Source: Actinomycetota bacterium
GTDB taxonomy: Bacteria > Actinomycetota > Acidimicrobiia > Acidimicrobiales > Aldehydirespiratoraceae
DNA: 60,593 nucleotides
Assembly: GCA_039188975.1 (NCBI GenBank)
Contig: JBCCYT010000006.1
Location: forward strand, 1-60,593
Direction of reading: 5' to 3'
Part shown: piece by piece, positions 1 through 9,119 of the stretch
Layout: each line of letters begins with the position of its first letter
Numbering within the stretch: position 1 is the first letter of the stretch
Made by a program: the position numbers and the translations under genes
The notes under the pieces: generated by a model
What the model was told of the DNA's origin: nothing
Database searches by the model: none
The model's input: the letters and a program-made list of their open reading frames with translations, nothing else

Positions 1-687
1 GGATGCGTCATCGACGAGTCGCACGGCGCTGTGGCGCATGTCGGGTTCGAAGAGGAGCGGACCCGGCTCGAAACCGGTCCGACCATCGCGTGAACGGAGA
101 AACCGACCGGGCATCGCAAGGGCGTACCACCAGCCATCGAAGGAGAACACTCGAAAGTACGACGGTCCGAGGAGTTCGGGTTGCGCTTGGAAGTGCACGC
201 CGTCCGCCGACACCGCGACCCGGGTGTGTTGGGCGCCGACCGATTCGAGCCCATGAAAGTACATGACGATCTCCCGGCGGCCGTCATCGACGTGCACATC
301 GGGCGATGCGATGTGCGGGTGAACCAGGTCGTCGCGAAGGTCGGCCGGCAGCAGATCATCACCGAGTGCCGCGCGGTAGCGGCTCACGATCCGTTCGAAG
401 GTTGCGTCGTCGAGCGGCGGCGGTTCGGTCAAGAAATGGGAGGCCGCCAACTGCAACGAGCCAGGTGGGTGAACCGTCCACGGTCCCGCGACTTCGTCGG
501 CATAGGCCAGGCGGATATGGCCACCCTTGTGGTCTGCGAAGTACAGCAGATAGCGGCCGAGCGGCGATGGGAGCCAGTCCGGGGTCCGGATGACCGACGG
601 TCCTTGGATGTTGGTCCCGATACTCGGGTGCGTGTCCGGACCGATGATCGGCTGATCGTGCAGCCGTCGGGCCCGGAGGGCCGTCAC
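1..687 (-). CDS. Conserved hypothetical protein, five-bladed beta-propeller/glycoside hydrolase-like (partial, runs off window start)
   Basis: Not in the ORF track. I translated it from GTG at 687, which overlaps the upstream stop (GTGA): VTALRARRLHDQPII...NIQGPSVIRTPDWLPSPLGRYLLYFADHKGGHIRLAYAD...PHIASPDVHVD...MYFHG. The frame is open to position 1. Confidence 0.75.
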   Translation of the reverse strand, partial: MTALRARRLHDQPIIGPDTHPSIGTNIQGPSVIRTPDWLPSPLGRYLLYFADHKGGHIRLAYADEVAGPWTVHPPGSLQLAASHFLTEPPPLDDATFERIVSRYRAALGDDLLPADLRDDLVHPHIASPDVHVDDGRREIVMYFHGLESVGAQHTRVAVSADGVHFQAQPELLGPSYFRVFSFDGWWYALAMPGRFLRSRDGRTGFEPGPLLFEPDMRHSAVRLVDDAS

Positions 688-2183
688 GCTTCGAGCTCGC
701 GACGCAAGATCTTGCCCCCGAGACCCCGCGGGATCTCATCGACCACATCCACCTTCGTTGGGCACTTGTACCGGGCGAGTTCGGTGGCGCACCACTCGAT
801 CAGGTCATCCTCCTCGAGCACCCGGCCGGGCTCGGCGACGACAAACGCCTTCACCGACTCGCCCGTGTGGGGATGAGGAACACCGACCACGCCGGACTCG
901 ACCACGCCGGGATGGGCGTTGAGAACCCGCTCGACCTCGGCCGGGAAGACGTTGAAGCCCGACACGATGATGAGGTCCTTGGCTCGGTCGACGAGGTAGA
1001 CGAATCCGTCATCGTCGACGACGCCGATGTCGCCGGTGCGCAGCCAACCCTCGGGATCGAGCGCCTTGGCGGTCGCTTCGGGATCGTCGAGGTAGCCGAC
1101 GAAGACGTTTGGGCCCCGAACGATGATCTCGCCCTCATCACCGATGTACACATCATCGCCGGCGGCATCGACGATTCGTACTTCCATGTCGACCATCGGC
1201 CGGCCGATCGATCCGATCGGGGTGTCGTCTTGGCGGGCGACCGTGACGCCGGGTGAGGCCTCGGTCAGGCCGTATCCTTCGAGAATCCGAACGCCGAAGC
1301 GGGCCATCATCTCTTCGACGATGCGGTTCGGCAGCATCGCCGCACCGGACACGGCGATACGAACCGATTCGAGGGCGTCGGCACCCATGATGTCGATGCC
1401 GGCGAGCGCAGACCAGAACGTCGGAGGTCCGACGAGGACCGTGATCTGCTCCTCCTTGACGGTCTCATAGACGGTGATCGGGTCGAAGCGTTCCTGGAGG
1501 ACGAGCGTTGCCCCGACGTACAAGCTCAGGTCGAGGATCGAGTTGAGCCCCATGATGTGAAAGAGCGGGAGGACGCAGAGGCCGATGTCGTCGGGTCGAA
1601 TCGTCTTGCCGCCGGTCGTCATGTTCTGCCGGAGGTTTGCCGCCAGATTGCCGTGGGTCAGCATTGCCGCCTTCGGCGAGCCGGCCGTACCGCTGGTGAA
1701 CAGCAACGCAGCGAGATCGTCGTCGCTGCGCTCAACCATCGGCGTGGGTTCGACGGTGTCTCGCATCTCGTCGAGATCGAGCGAGTCGGGCAGCGCAACC
1801 CCGCTCGGCCGCAAGACGTGTTCCAGGGTCGGCACGAGGCTGCGATCGATCTGCTCGAGCACGGCGATGCCGGCCGGGCCGGAGATGACGGCCTTGGCCC
1901 CCACTGCTGCGAGCTCGCGTTCGATCTCCGGCGCTGGGCTCTGGGGGTTGAGCGGAACCGCAACCAGGCCGGCGCCGAGGATGCCGAACCAGGCTCGCAC
2001 GAACCGAAAGTTGGTGGCGCACACGATGGCGACCCGATCGCCCGGCTCGAGCCCGAGCGAGGTCAATGCGCCTCTCGTCTTGGCCACCTCATCGGTCAGC
2101 TGGCCATAGGTGATCCGGTCACCGGCAGCGACGATCGCCGTGCGATCGGCCGGATGGTCAGCAAAGAGCGTCGCGAGATTCAC
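684..2183 (-). CDS. Long-chain acyl-CoA synthetase / AMP-binding enzyme
   Basis: Motifs LLFTSGTAGSPK, GYGLTE, WLRTGD, DRAKDLIIVSGFNVFP, and C-terminal GKILRR. Confidence 0.93.
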   Translation of the reverse strand: MNLATLFADHPADRTAIVAAGDRITYGQLTDEVAKTRGALTSLGLEPGDRVAIVCATNFRFVRAWFGILGAGLVAVPLNPQSPAPEIERELAAVGAKAVISGPAGIAVLEQIDRSLVPTLEHVLRPSGVALPDSLDLDEMRDTVEPTPMVERSDDDLAALLFTSGTAGSPKAAMLTHGNLAANLRQNMTTGGKTIRPDDIGLCVLPLFHIMGLNSILDLSLYVGATLVLQERFDPITVYETVKEEQITVLVGPPTFWSALAGIDIMGADALESVRIAVSGAAMLPNRIVEEMMARFGVRILEGYGLTEASPGVTVARQDDTPIGSIGRPMVDMEVRIVDAAGDDVYIGDEGEIIVRGPNVFVGYLDDPEATAKALDPEGWLRTGDIGVVDDDGFVYLVDRAKDLIIVSGFNVFPAEVERVLNAHPGVVESGVVGVPHPHTGESVKAFVVAEPGRVLEEDDLIEWCATELARYKCPTKVDVVDEIPRGLGGKILRRELEA

Positions 2184-2297
2184 AGTCGACCATCTTTACA
2201 CAACGCAGGCGCATTCCCCCAGGGAACAGTGGCGCAAGATGACCTCTGACCTCTTGCGACCTCAAGTGCGGTGGGGCCGCAGCCGACGGGAGAGGCA

Positions 2298-2999
2298 ATG
2301 CGACGTGCGCCCGACCCCTCGCGGCCGAGGAACCACCAACGATTCCGACGCCAGATCGGCGTTCTGGCGCTCCTCGCGCTCGCCTTGGTCGGGCCGCTCA
2401 CCAGTCGCGAAACCGCACCGGCCGCTGCGAATGCAGACGAAGAAGCCGCCTTCGTCGATGCCCTGAATGAGGTTCGCGCCGCCGTTGGTCTTCCTCCGTT
2501 CACCGTCAACGGCCAGCTCGCCGATCTCGCCCGAGACCATGCCCAGGAAATGGCCGACGCCGGAGAGATCTTCCACGCCAGTCCGATCAGCGAAGGGTAC
2601 GTGGGCCCATGGTCGAAGATCGGCGAGAACGTCGGCGTCGGCGCCGCAGTCGACGTCCTGGTTGACGCGTTCGTCGCCAGTCCGGGCCACTACGCCAACA
2701 TCATCGATCCGGCCTTCACCGAAATCGGTGTCGGCGTGGTGTGGCGCGACAACGCGATGTACACGACCCACCGCTTCTTGCAGCTTCCCGGCGCACCGGT
2801 GACCACCGCGCCGCCGGTGCCATCGACGACCGCACCTGCCCGTCCCACAACCAGCGTGGTCCCCTCGACCTCGAGCACGGTGCCGGCGCTCCCGCCGAGC
2901 ACGAGCGGGGAGCCGCCGGCCGCGCCGTTGGCGGCGCCACCGATCGAGGCTGCACGGGTCCTGGCGCTTCTCGACCTGCTCGACCAGGTCGGTACCTGA
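2298..2999 (+). CDS. Secreted CAP (SCP/PR-1) domain protein with Pro/Thr-rich tail
   Basis: Signal-like hydrophobic stretch; LNEVRAAVGLPP, HAQEM, GENVG, SPGHYANI and EIGVG motifs. Start could be 2271 or 2298. Confidence 0.88.
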   Translation: MRRAPDPSRPRNHQRFRRQIGVLALLALALVGPLTSRETAPAAANADEEAAFVDALNEVRAAVGLPPFTVNGQLADLARDHAQEMADAGEIFHASPISEGYVGPWSKIGENVGVGAAVDVLVDAFVASPGHYANIIDPAFTEIGVGVVWRDNAMYTTHRFLQLPGAPVTTAPPVPSTTAPARPTTSVVPSTSSTVPALPPSTSGEPPAAPLAAPPIEAARVLALLDLLDQVGT

Positions 3000-3007
3000 T
3001 CCGCCCG

Positions 3008-3988
3008 ATGAGCCATGAACGTCCGGCGATCATCGCCGAGGGACTCACCCGTCGATTCGATGGCCGGCTCGCCCTCGATCATCTCGACCTCGTCGTACCG
3101 CACGGCGAGGTGTTGGCGCTCCTTGGCCCGAACGGCGCGGGCAAGACCACGACGGTCCGACTCCTCAATGGCATCCTTCGCCCCGACAGCGGGACCGCAA
3201 CCGTGCTCGACCTCGACCCGGCCACCGACGGCGACGCGGTCCGTCGTCGGACCGGTGTGCTGACCGAGAACGCGGGGCTCGACGATCGCCTGACCGCACG
3301 CGAGAACCTCGAGTTCGCGGCTCAGGTTCGGGGCATGAGCCGCCACGATGCCCACCGTCTCGTTGCCGATCATCTCGATCGATTCGGCATGGCCGACACG
3401 GCCGACCTCTTCACCGCCGGCTTTTCGACCGGTCAGCGCAAGCGTCTGGCGCTGGCCCGGGCGCTCGTGCACGCCCCCGAGGTGCTGTTTCTCGACGAGC
3501 CGACCAGCGGCCTCGACCCCACCGCAACCCGCGACGTCACCGACCTCATCAGCAGCCTCGCACGAGAACAGGGCCGCACGGTCGTGCTCGCCACCCACTT
3601 CCTTGGCGAGGCGGGTCGCGTCGCCGATCGCATGGCCGTGCTCGACAAGGGGCGGTTGCGAGCGATCGGCCGACCGGACGAACTCGCGGCGAAGCTCTGG
3701 GAGGGCATCCCCGCCGACATCGACCTCGGCCGCCCCGCGACCGACCGAGAGCGATCGATCGTCGACGCCATCGGCGGGGTGACCCGTTCGGAGCTCCGGG
3801 CGACGGGCTTGACGATCGGGGTTCGCGATCGTGACGTCATCCCTGCGGTGCTTCGTTCCCTCCACGACGACGGCGTGTCGATCTACGGGGCGCAGCTGCG
3901 ACAGGCCTCGATGGAAGACGTCTATTTCGCGTTGGAGCAGAGCTTCGTGACCGAGGGGGTCGCCACGAGCGAGGTCGCAGGCGCATGA
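3008..3988 (+). CDS. ABC transporter ATP-binding protein (exporter type)
   Basis: Walker A GPNGAGKTT, signature FSTGQ, Walker B LFLDEPT, H-loop. ATG at 3008 chosen over the overlapping 2741 start. Confidence 0.93.
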   Translation: MSHERPAIIAEGLTRRFDGRLALDHLDLVVPHGEVLALLGPNGAGKTTTVRLLNGILRPDSGTATVLDLDPATDGDAVRRRTGVLTENAGLDDRLTARENLEFAAQVRGMSRHDAHRLVADHLDRFGMADTADLFTAGFSTGQRKRLALARALVHAPEVLFLDEPTSGLDPTATRDVTDLISSLAREQGRTVVLATHFLGEAGRVADRMAVLDKGRLRAIGRPDELAAKLWEGIPADIDLGRPATDRERSIVDAIGGVTRSELRATGLTIGVRDRDVIPAVLRSLHDDGVSIYGAQLRQASMEDVYFALEQSFVTEGVATSEVAGA

Positions 3989-4806
3989 TCGATGGTGCCG
4001 ATTGGCCGGTCATCTGGGCGGTCGTCCGTCGCGACCTCACCGCGGTTCGCCGCAGCAAACCGGTGATCTTGCCGATGTTGCTGGTGCCGTTCCTGCTCAT
4101 GGTCGTGCTGCCCCTCGTCGTGGGCTGGGCGGCGCGCTCGGTCGAGTCGAGTGAGATCGGCGCCGAGGCGTTCCTCGACTCCGTCCCTCGTCAGCTGGCC
4201 GAACCAATCGAGGCGTTGCCGCCCCAGGCACAGCTGCTGACGCTCGTGCTCGGGTTCTTGTTGGCGCCGCTGTTCATGATCGTCCCGTTGATGGTTTCGG
4301 CGGTGATCGCGGCCGACACCTTCGCCGGCGAGAAGGAGCGACGCACGATGGAGACGTTGCTGCATCTGCCGATTTCGGACCGCGACCTGTTCCTGGCCAA
4401 GCTGCTCACCGGCATCATTCCCGCCCTCACCATCTCCTGGACCGGCTTCCTTGCCTTCGCGGTGGTCGCCAACGCCGTCTCCTATGGAAAGGTCGACGGG
4501 CTGCTGATCCCGAACCAGTTGTGGCTCATCATGATCTTCTGGGTGGCACCGGCTGTCGCCATGCTCGGGCTTGGGGTGATGGTGCGAGTCTCCGCTCGCA
4601 GTCGCACCAGCCAAGAGGCGAACCAACTCGGCGGGGCGGTGATCTTGCCGTTGATTTTCATCGCGGTTGCCCAGGCCACCGGGGTGTTGTTGATCAGCGC
4701 GACGCTTGCGGCGGGTGTCGGATCGGCGATCTGGCTCCTCGCCATCTTTCTCGTGTGGCGCGGCGCTCACCAGTTCAGCCGCGACCGCATTGCGTCGGCG
4801 GGTTGA
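3985..4806 (+). CDS. ABC-2 type transporter permease
   Basis: About 6 TM segments, FAGEKERRTMETLLHLP motif, ATGA overlap with the ATPase gene. Confidence 0.9.
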   Translation: MIDGADWPVIWAVVRRDLTAVRRSKPVILPMLLVPFLLMVVLPLVVGWAARSVESSEIGAEAFLDSVPRQLAEPIEALPPQAQLLTLVLGFLLAPLFMIVPLMVSAVIAADTFAGEKERRTMETLLHLPISDRDLFLAKLLTGIIPALTISWTGFLAFAVVANAVSYGKVDGLLIPNQLWLIMIFWVAPAVAMLGLGVMVRVSARSRTSQEANQLGGAVILPLIFIAVAQATGVLLISATLAAGVGSAIWLLAIFLVWRGAHQFSRDRIASAG

Positions 4807-4810
4807 ACGC

Positions 4811-4897
4811 TCAGGCGAGGATCACGAGTTGCAGCACGGCTGCGCCCAGGATCATCAACAGCAAAATGCCAACGACCAGCGTGGTTCCAGCGCGCAT
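4811..4897 (-). CDS. Small single-pass membrane protein (28 aa, MRAGTTLVVGILLLMILGAAVLQLVILA)
   Basis: Below the ORF-track cutoff. GGAGG Shine-Dalgarno just upstream, TGATG overlap with the DUF62 stop, and an entirely hydrophobic helix. Confidence 0.65.
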   Translation of the reverse strand: MRAGTTLVVGILLLMILGAAVLQLVILA

Positions 4898-5820
4898 CAC
4901 TGACCTCCTGTGGGGTTGGGGCGGCGGCCCAACTGAACGGGCGTGCTGACGTTTGGACCGCGATCACCCTCGCTGAGCGATCGAATCCGGATCTCGATGC
5001 CTTCACCGAGGCGGAGATCTTCCGCGGCGGAACCTCGGGCAACCGCCAACGACAGCAGTCCACTCGAGTCGACAACGAGTCCGATCCGACCGGTCGGGAT
5101 GTCGTCGTAGGCGTCGGCACGAACGCCGACGCGTTCGTCCGGGGTGGCCGAGCCGGCGCCGATCTCGACGATGACCTCGCCGCCCGGTCCGGCAAGATCG
5201 ATGATCTCGAGCGGGTCGACGTTGAGTTGGCAGTTGCCGAAGTGGTCAATCCAGAGCACTTCGCATACGAGCTCCGGGCCTGACGCGCCGTCTTCGAAGC
5301 GCGAGATCGGCAGGACCCCAGGCATCAGCGTCGCCGGGTCGATCTCGGTCCCGATGTCGGTGATGGGTACACCGTTGCAGAGGTGCGCAGCAGCGGGGGC
5401 AAAGACGTCGCGTCCGTCGAACGTGGCGCCACCACCAGCGGCCAACTGGAAGTCGGGGTTCGTGAGTTCGAATGCACGCGTCGCACCACCGACGAGACCG
5501 ACGGCCGGTGCGAGCAGTCCGTTGTCGGGACCGATCAGGACCGACATGCCATCGCCTACTTCCAGGGCAACCGGTCGGCGAGCGGTGCCCACCCCCGGGT
5601 CGACGACCGCGACGACAACACCGGGACACAGATAGTTGGCCGCCCGGGCGAGGGCGAGGCCGCCGGCACGGGTGTCGTAGCGACGGATGCCGTGGGCAAC
5701 ATCAATGATGCCGGCCTGGGGCGCAATGGACCGGATGACGGAGTGGACGACGCCGACAAACTCGTCGGCGTGGCCGAAGTCGGACAGGAACGAGATGGTG
5801 TCGTAGCGGCGACCGGTCAC
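4897..5820 (-). CDS. SAM hydrolase / SAM-dependent halogenase family protein (DUF62)
   Basis: SDFG, VVDPGVG, GPDNGLL, TFDGRDVFAP and IDHFGN motifs. GTG start at 5820 is likely. Confidence 0.9.
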   Translation of the reverse strand: MTGRRYDTISFLSDFGHADEFVGVVHSVIRSIAPQAGIIDVAHGIRRYDTRAGGLALARAANYLCPGVVVAVVDPGVGTARRPVALEVGDGMSVLIGPDNGLLAPAVGLVGGATRAFELTNPDFQLAAGGGATFDGRDVFAPAAAHLCNGVPITDIGTEIDPATLMPGVLPISRFEDGASGPELVCEVLWIDHFGNCQLNVDPLEIIDLAGPGGEVIVEIGAGSATPDERVGVRADAYDDIPTGRIGLVVDSSGLLSLAVARGSAAEDLRLGEGIEIRIRSLSEGDRGPNVSTPVQLGRRPNPTGGQ

Positions 5821-5830
5821 GGCGACGACG

Positions 5831-6625
5831 CTATCCGCCAAGCTCGATGGATCTCGCCGTGGCCGCCGCGACCACCGCATCGATGAGACCGGCAAAGTCG
5901 CGTTCGGCCATCACCTCGAGACCCGCCTGGGTGGTGCCTCCCGGGGAGGTGACATTGCTCCGGAGCTGAGCCGGGTCCTCTCCCGACTCGCTGAGCAGGG
6001 TTGCGGCGCCGAGGAGTGTCTGCCGAGTGAGGGTGTCAGCGACCTCAGGCGCCAAGCCTTGGGCGATCCCTGCGGCGGTGAGCGCCTCGGCCAGACGGAA
6101 GACATACGCCGGGCCCGAGCCGCTGACGCCGGTAACGGCGTCGAGATCGGCTTCCGAGACGATGACGACCTGGCCCACTGCGGCGAGGATCGACGACGCC
6201 CAGTCGAGATCGGCGCGGTCCGCGGCGGTACCCGCCGCGATGGCTGCCATTCCCTGGCCCACGAGTGCGGGGGTGTTCGGCATGGACCGGACGACGACCG
6301 CGTCGGGGGACAACGCCTCCTCCATCGATGCAATCGTGATGCCCGCAGCGATGGACAACAGCCGAGGCACCGCTGCCGTGGCGAGCGACGGCAAGACGTC
6401 GGGCGCGACTTGCGGCTTCACCGCAAGGACGGCATCAACACCCGGGATCGGCGCATTCCCCATCGACACATCCGGGTGCATGTCGGCCAACACGGCCCGC
6501 CGCTCAGGCGACGGTTCGACGACGTGCAGGGCGTTTGCGGGTGCCCATGCTCGGGCGATCATGCCGCCGAGCAGGGCTTCGGCCATCTTGCCGCCACCGA
6601 TGAACTGGAGCTGGACGTCGCTCAT
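5831..6625 (-). CDS. proC: Pyrroline-5-carboxylate reductase
   Basis: IGGGKMA, LAVKPQ, MPNTP, SGSGPAY and VTSPGGTT motifs. Confidence 0.96.
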   Translation of the reverse strand: MSDVQLQFIGGGKMAEALLGGMIARAWAPANALHVVEPSPERRAVLADMHPDVSMGNAPIPGVDAVLAVKPQVAPDVLPSLATAAVPRLLSIAAGITIASMEEALSPDAVVVRSMPNTPALVGQGMAAIAAGTAADRADLDWASSILAAVGQVVIVSEADLDAVTGVSGSGPAYVFRLAEALTAAGIAQGLAPEVADTLTRQTLLGAATLLSESGEDPAQLRSNVTSPGGTTQAGLEVMAERDFAGLIDAVVAAATARSIELGG

Positions 6626-6704
6626 GACCGGTCACGGTAGCCGGACGCCGACAGCGGGGCAGACCACACTTCCCCGAGCGATCGCCCCGCCGCCGACTGA
6701 AGTC

Positions 6705-6732
6705 AGAATACATGGAAAGATATGAAAAGCAA
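6705..6732 (-). promoter_or_regulatory. Candidate sigma70-type promoter for the proC-DUF62-small ORF unit
   Basis: AT-rich island; the minus strand reads TTGCTT-N16-TATTCT about 80 nt upstream of proC. Confidence 0.35.
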
Positions 6733-7218
6733 TTAGATGTCGACGCGAGATGCGAACCCAATCCGCAACGCGGGACGGAACACCTTCTCGACATAGGCCC
6801 ACATCGAGCCGAGCACCCGGTCGAGCTCGGCATCGGTCACGGCACGGACCGGCAGCGACCCGGCCAGAAAGATCGCGTGCTCGTCACCGATCTCGAGATG
6901 CATACCGGTCAGCTCGCGATTGCGAACGAGGAGATGTTGATAGAACACCCCTTCGTTCTCCTCGGGTGCGGGCATCAGAAAGGTCTCGAAACGAAACGTG
7001 CGCTGGTTGATGGTCCACCAGGCCGTCCAGACATCTTTCTCGTCGCCCCGCAGCCGCACGTACCAACGTCGCTCGTCCTTCTCGCCTCGCTCGATCGCAT
7101 CGATCATCGGGTTGTCGCGGGCTTCGGCCCGCAACCAGGTGTCGATGTGTGCTTCGAGCGTGTCCAGCTCGTCGGGGGTGAACGGCGGAAGAAGTTCGGC
7201 ACTCGACATGACCGCCAT
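6733..7218 (-). CDS. YbjN domain / type III chaperone-like protein
   Basis: VRLRGDEK, PEENEGVFYQHLL and ELDRVLG pattern; position directly after mshA as in other actinobacteria. Confidence 0.8.
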   Translation of the reverse strand: MAVMSSAELLPPFTPDELDTLEAHIDTWLRAEARDNPMIDAIERGEKDERRWYVRLRGDEKDVWTAWWTINQRTFRFETFLMPAPEENEGVFYQHLLVRNRELTGMHLEIGDEHAIFLAGSLPVRAVTDAELDRVLGSMWAYVEKVFRPALRIGFASRVDI

Positions 7219-7253
7219 GCTGGCACGCGCTCAGCCCCAACGACGTGCTGGGA

Positions 7254-8498
7254 TCACGCCAGACAGTCGACCAGGGCTCGCTCCGAGAGATCGGCATAGA
7301 CCCGCCGCAAGCGAGCCGCCATCGACGTCCAGGTGTAGGCAGCAGCCGCCTCTGCGCCTCGCCGCGACAACGAGTCGGCAAAGATCGGATCGCTGATGAT
7401 GCGATCAACGGCCGCCGCGTAGTCGTCGGGGTCGCGGCCGGGAACCCGAAGGCCCGTGCGGCCATGGTCGACGAGGGTGCGCAGCCCGCCGACGTCGGAG
7501 GCGACGACGGGCGTACCGCAGGCCGCGGATTCGAGCGCAACCAAGCCGAACGACTCGCTGCGCGAGGGCACGATCGTGAGATCGGCGGCCCGGTAGTAGG
7601 TCGACAGCACATGGTGAGGCTGAGGCGGCACCATGGTGATGCGCTCGGTCAGACCTCGGTCGGCGATGAGCTTCAACACGTCGGTGACGTAGTCGTCGCC
7701 TTCCATCCCGCTCGATCCGCCGACGATCAGCAGACGAGCCCGATGGTCGCGGAGCTGGGCGAGCGCTTCGACGGCCACGTCGACGCCCTTGAGTGGCTGG
7801 ATCCGGCCGACGAACAACAGCACCGGCTCCTCGCCGAGCCCCAGAGCCTGCCGCGCGCCACGACGAGAACCAGGAGAGAAGAACGCATGATCGACGCCTG
7901 GCGGCACGACCTCGATGCGGGTCGAGTCGGCGCCGTAGTGGGTGACGAGCTCGTGCATCTCCACCACCGAGTTGGCGGTGATGATGTCGCTGCACGCGAC
8001 GACGTCGGACTCTGCGTCGATGCGGGACTGCGGCTCGGGATCGCCGGTTTCGGCTTTCACCCGCGCCAGCGTGTGGAAGGTCGAGACCAGCGGCAGATCG
8101 AGTTCGTGCTTGAGGCGATGGGCGGCCACACCGCTCAACCAGTAGTTGGCGTGCAAGACATCGGCAGGATCGAGGGCCAGATGGTCACGGACGCCATCGG
8201 CGAACTCGTCGACGATCGCCGGCAGGGCTTCTTTCGCAAGGTCGATTGGACCGGCGTCGATGTGCACGACCTCAAAGCCGGGCTCAACCGTCATCCGCTT
8301 CGGCAGATCGTTGTTCCATCGGCGGACGTAGACCGTGGTGTCGGTGCCGCCATGGGCAAGAGCCGCCACGAGCTCGCGCACGTACACGTTCATGCCTCCT
8401 GCATCGCCGCCGCCGGGTTGCACCAGCGGCGACGTGTGGAGCGAGAGCATCGCAACCTTCGTCACCGAGTCATTCAACCAGTCGAGCGGCTCGGGCAT
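7254..8498 (-). CDS. mshA: D-inositol-3-phosphate glycosyltransferase (mycothiol biosynthesis, GT4)
   Basis: HTSPLVQPGGGDAGGMNVYV, HANYWLSG, GRIQPLKG and SESFGLVALE motifs. Alternative start GTG 8465. Confidence 0.85.
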   Translation of the reverse strand: MPEPLDWLNDSVTKVAMLSLHTSPLVQPGGGDAGGMNVYVRELVAALAHGGTDTTVYVRRWNNDLPKRMTVEPGFEVVHIDAGPIDLAKEALPAIVDEFADGVRDHLALDPADVLHANYWLSGVAAHRLKHELDLPLVSTFHTLARVKAETGDPEPQSRIDAESDVVACSDIITANSVVEMHELVTHYGADSTRIEVVPPGVDHAFFSPGSRRGARQALGLGEEPVLLFVGRIQPLKGVDVAVEALAQLRDHRARLLIVGGSSGMEGDDYVTDVLKLIADRGLTERITMVPPQPHHVLSTYYRAADLTIVPSRSESFGLVALESAACGTPVVASDVGGLRTLVDHGRTGLRVPGRDPDDYAAAVDRIISDPIFADSLSRRGAEAAAAYTWTSMAARLRRVYADLSERALVDCLA

Positions 8499-8540
8499 TC
8501 CATCTGGACGGGAAACGCCGCGACGGCACGGGGGGTCGGG

Positions 8541-9071
8541 TTACTCGAGCCCGGCGGGCGACGCGCCGCCAGCGATGCGCCGAGCGAGCTCGTTGTTCAC
8601 CGAATCGATCGTCTCGTGGAGCGAATGGCGGGCCGCCGAGAGCTCCTCTTCGAAGTCGCGTAGCCCAATGATTGCGGTCGCCAGCGAGTCATCGTCGAGG
8701 TCGGCCACCGAGGTCACGACCGACGGTGGGACCCGCTCGTCGAGCACCTCCGTGAGGGGGTCGACGACCTGTTCGGGCGGCTCGAGCTCCTGATCGGCTC
8801 GCCCCGAGCCGGGGCCTGCAACCGAGCCATCGGAGAGCGTGCTCGCGAGGCTGTCGATGAGTTCGCCGAGGCTGCCCCCGCCGCCTTCGGCGCGCCGCTT
8901 GGTCTCCGCGAGCAGCACATCGATCCGCCCCTGCGCGAGTCGACGAACGAAGGAGGCGCCGTTCTCGAGATCAGCGCACTCCACTCGCATCGAACGCACC
9001 TGATCGATCGGCGCAGCGGCCAAGTCGGTCAGATAGCTGGGGTCGAGAACACGGGTCAGCTCAGGAATCAC
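8541..9071 (-). CDS. rsiG: RsiG/AmfC-family c-di-GMP-binding anti-sigma factor
   Basis: Exact E-X3-S-X2-R-X3-Q-X3-D motif (ENGASFVRRLAQGRID) and a second copy, EEELSAARHSLHETID, in coiled-coil helices. Confidence 0.8.
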   Translation of the reverse strand: MIPELTRVLDPSYLTDLAAAPIDQVRSMRVECADLENGASFVRRLAQGRIDVLLAETKRRAEGGGGSLGELIDSLASTLSDGSVAGPGSGRADQELEPPEQVVDPLTEVLDERVPPSVVTSVADLDDDSLATAIIGLRDFEEELSAARHSLHETIDSVNNELARRIAGGASPAGLE

Positions 9072-9119
9072 GTCGCCGATCCTACCTGGCCGGCACCTGC
9101 GCCTCTGTCGACACGACCC

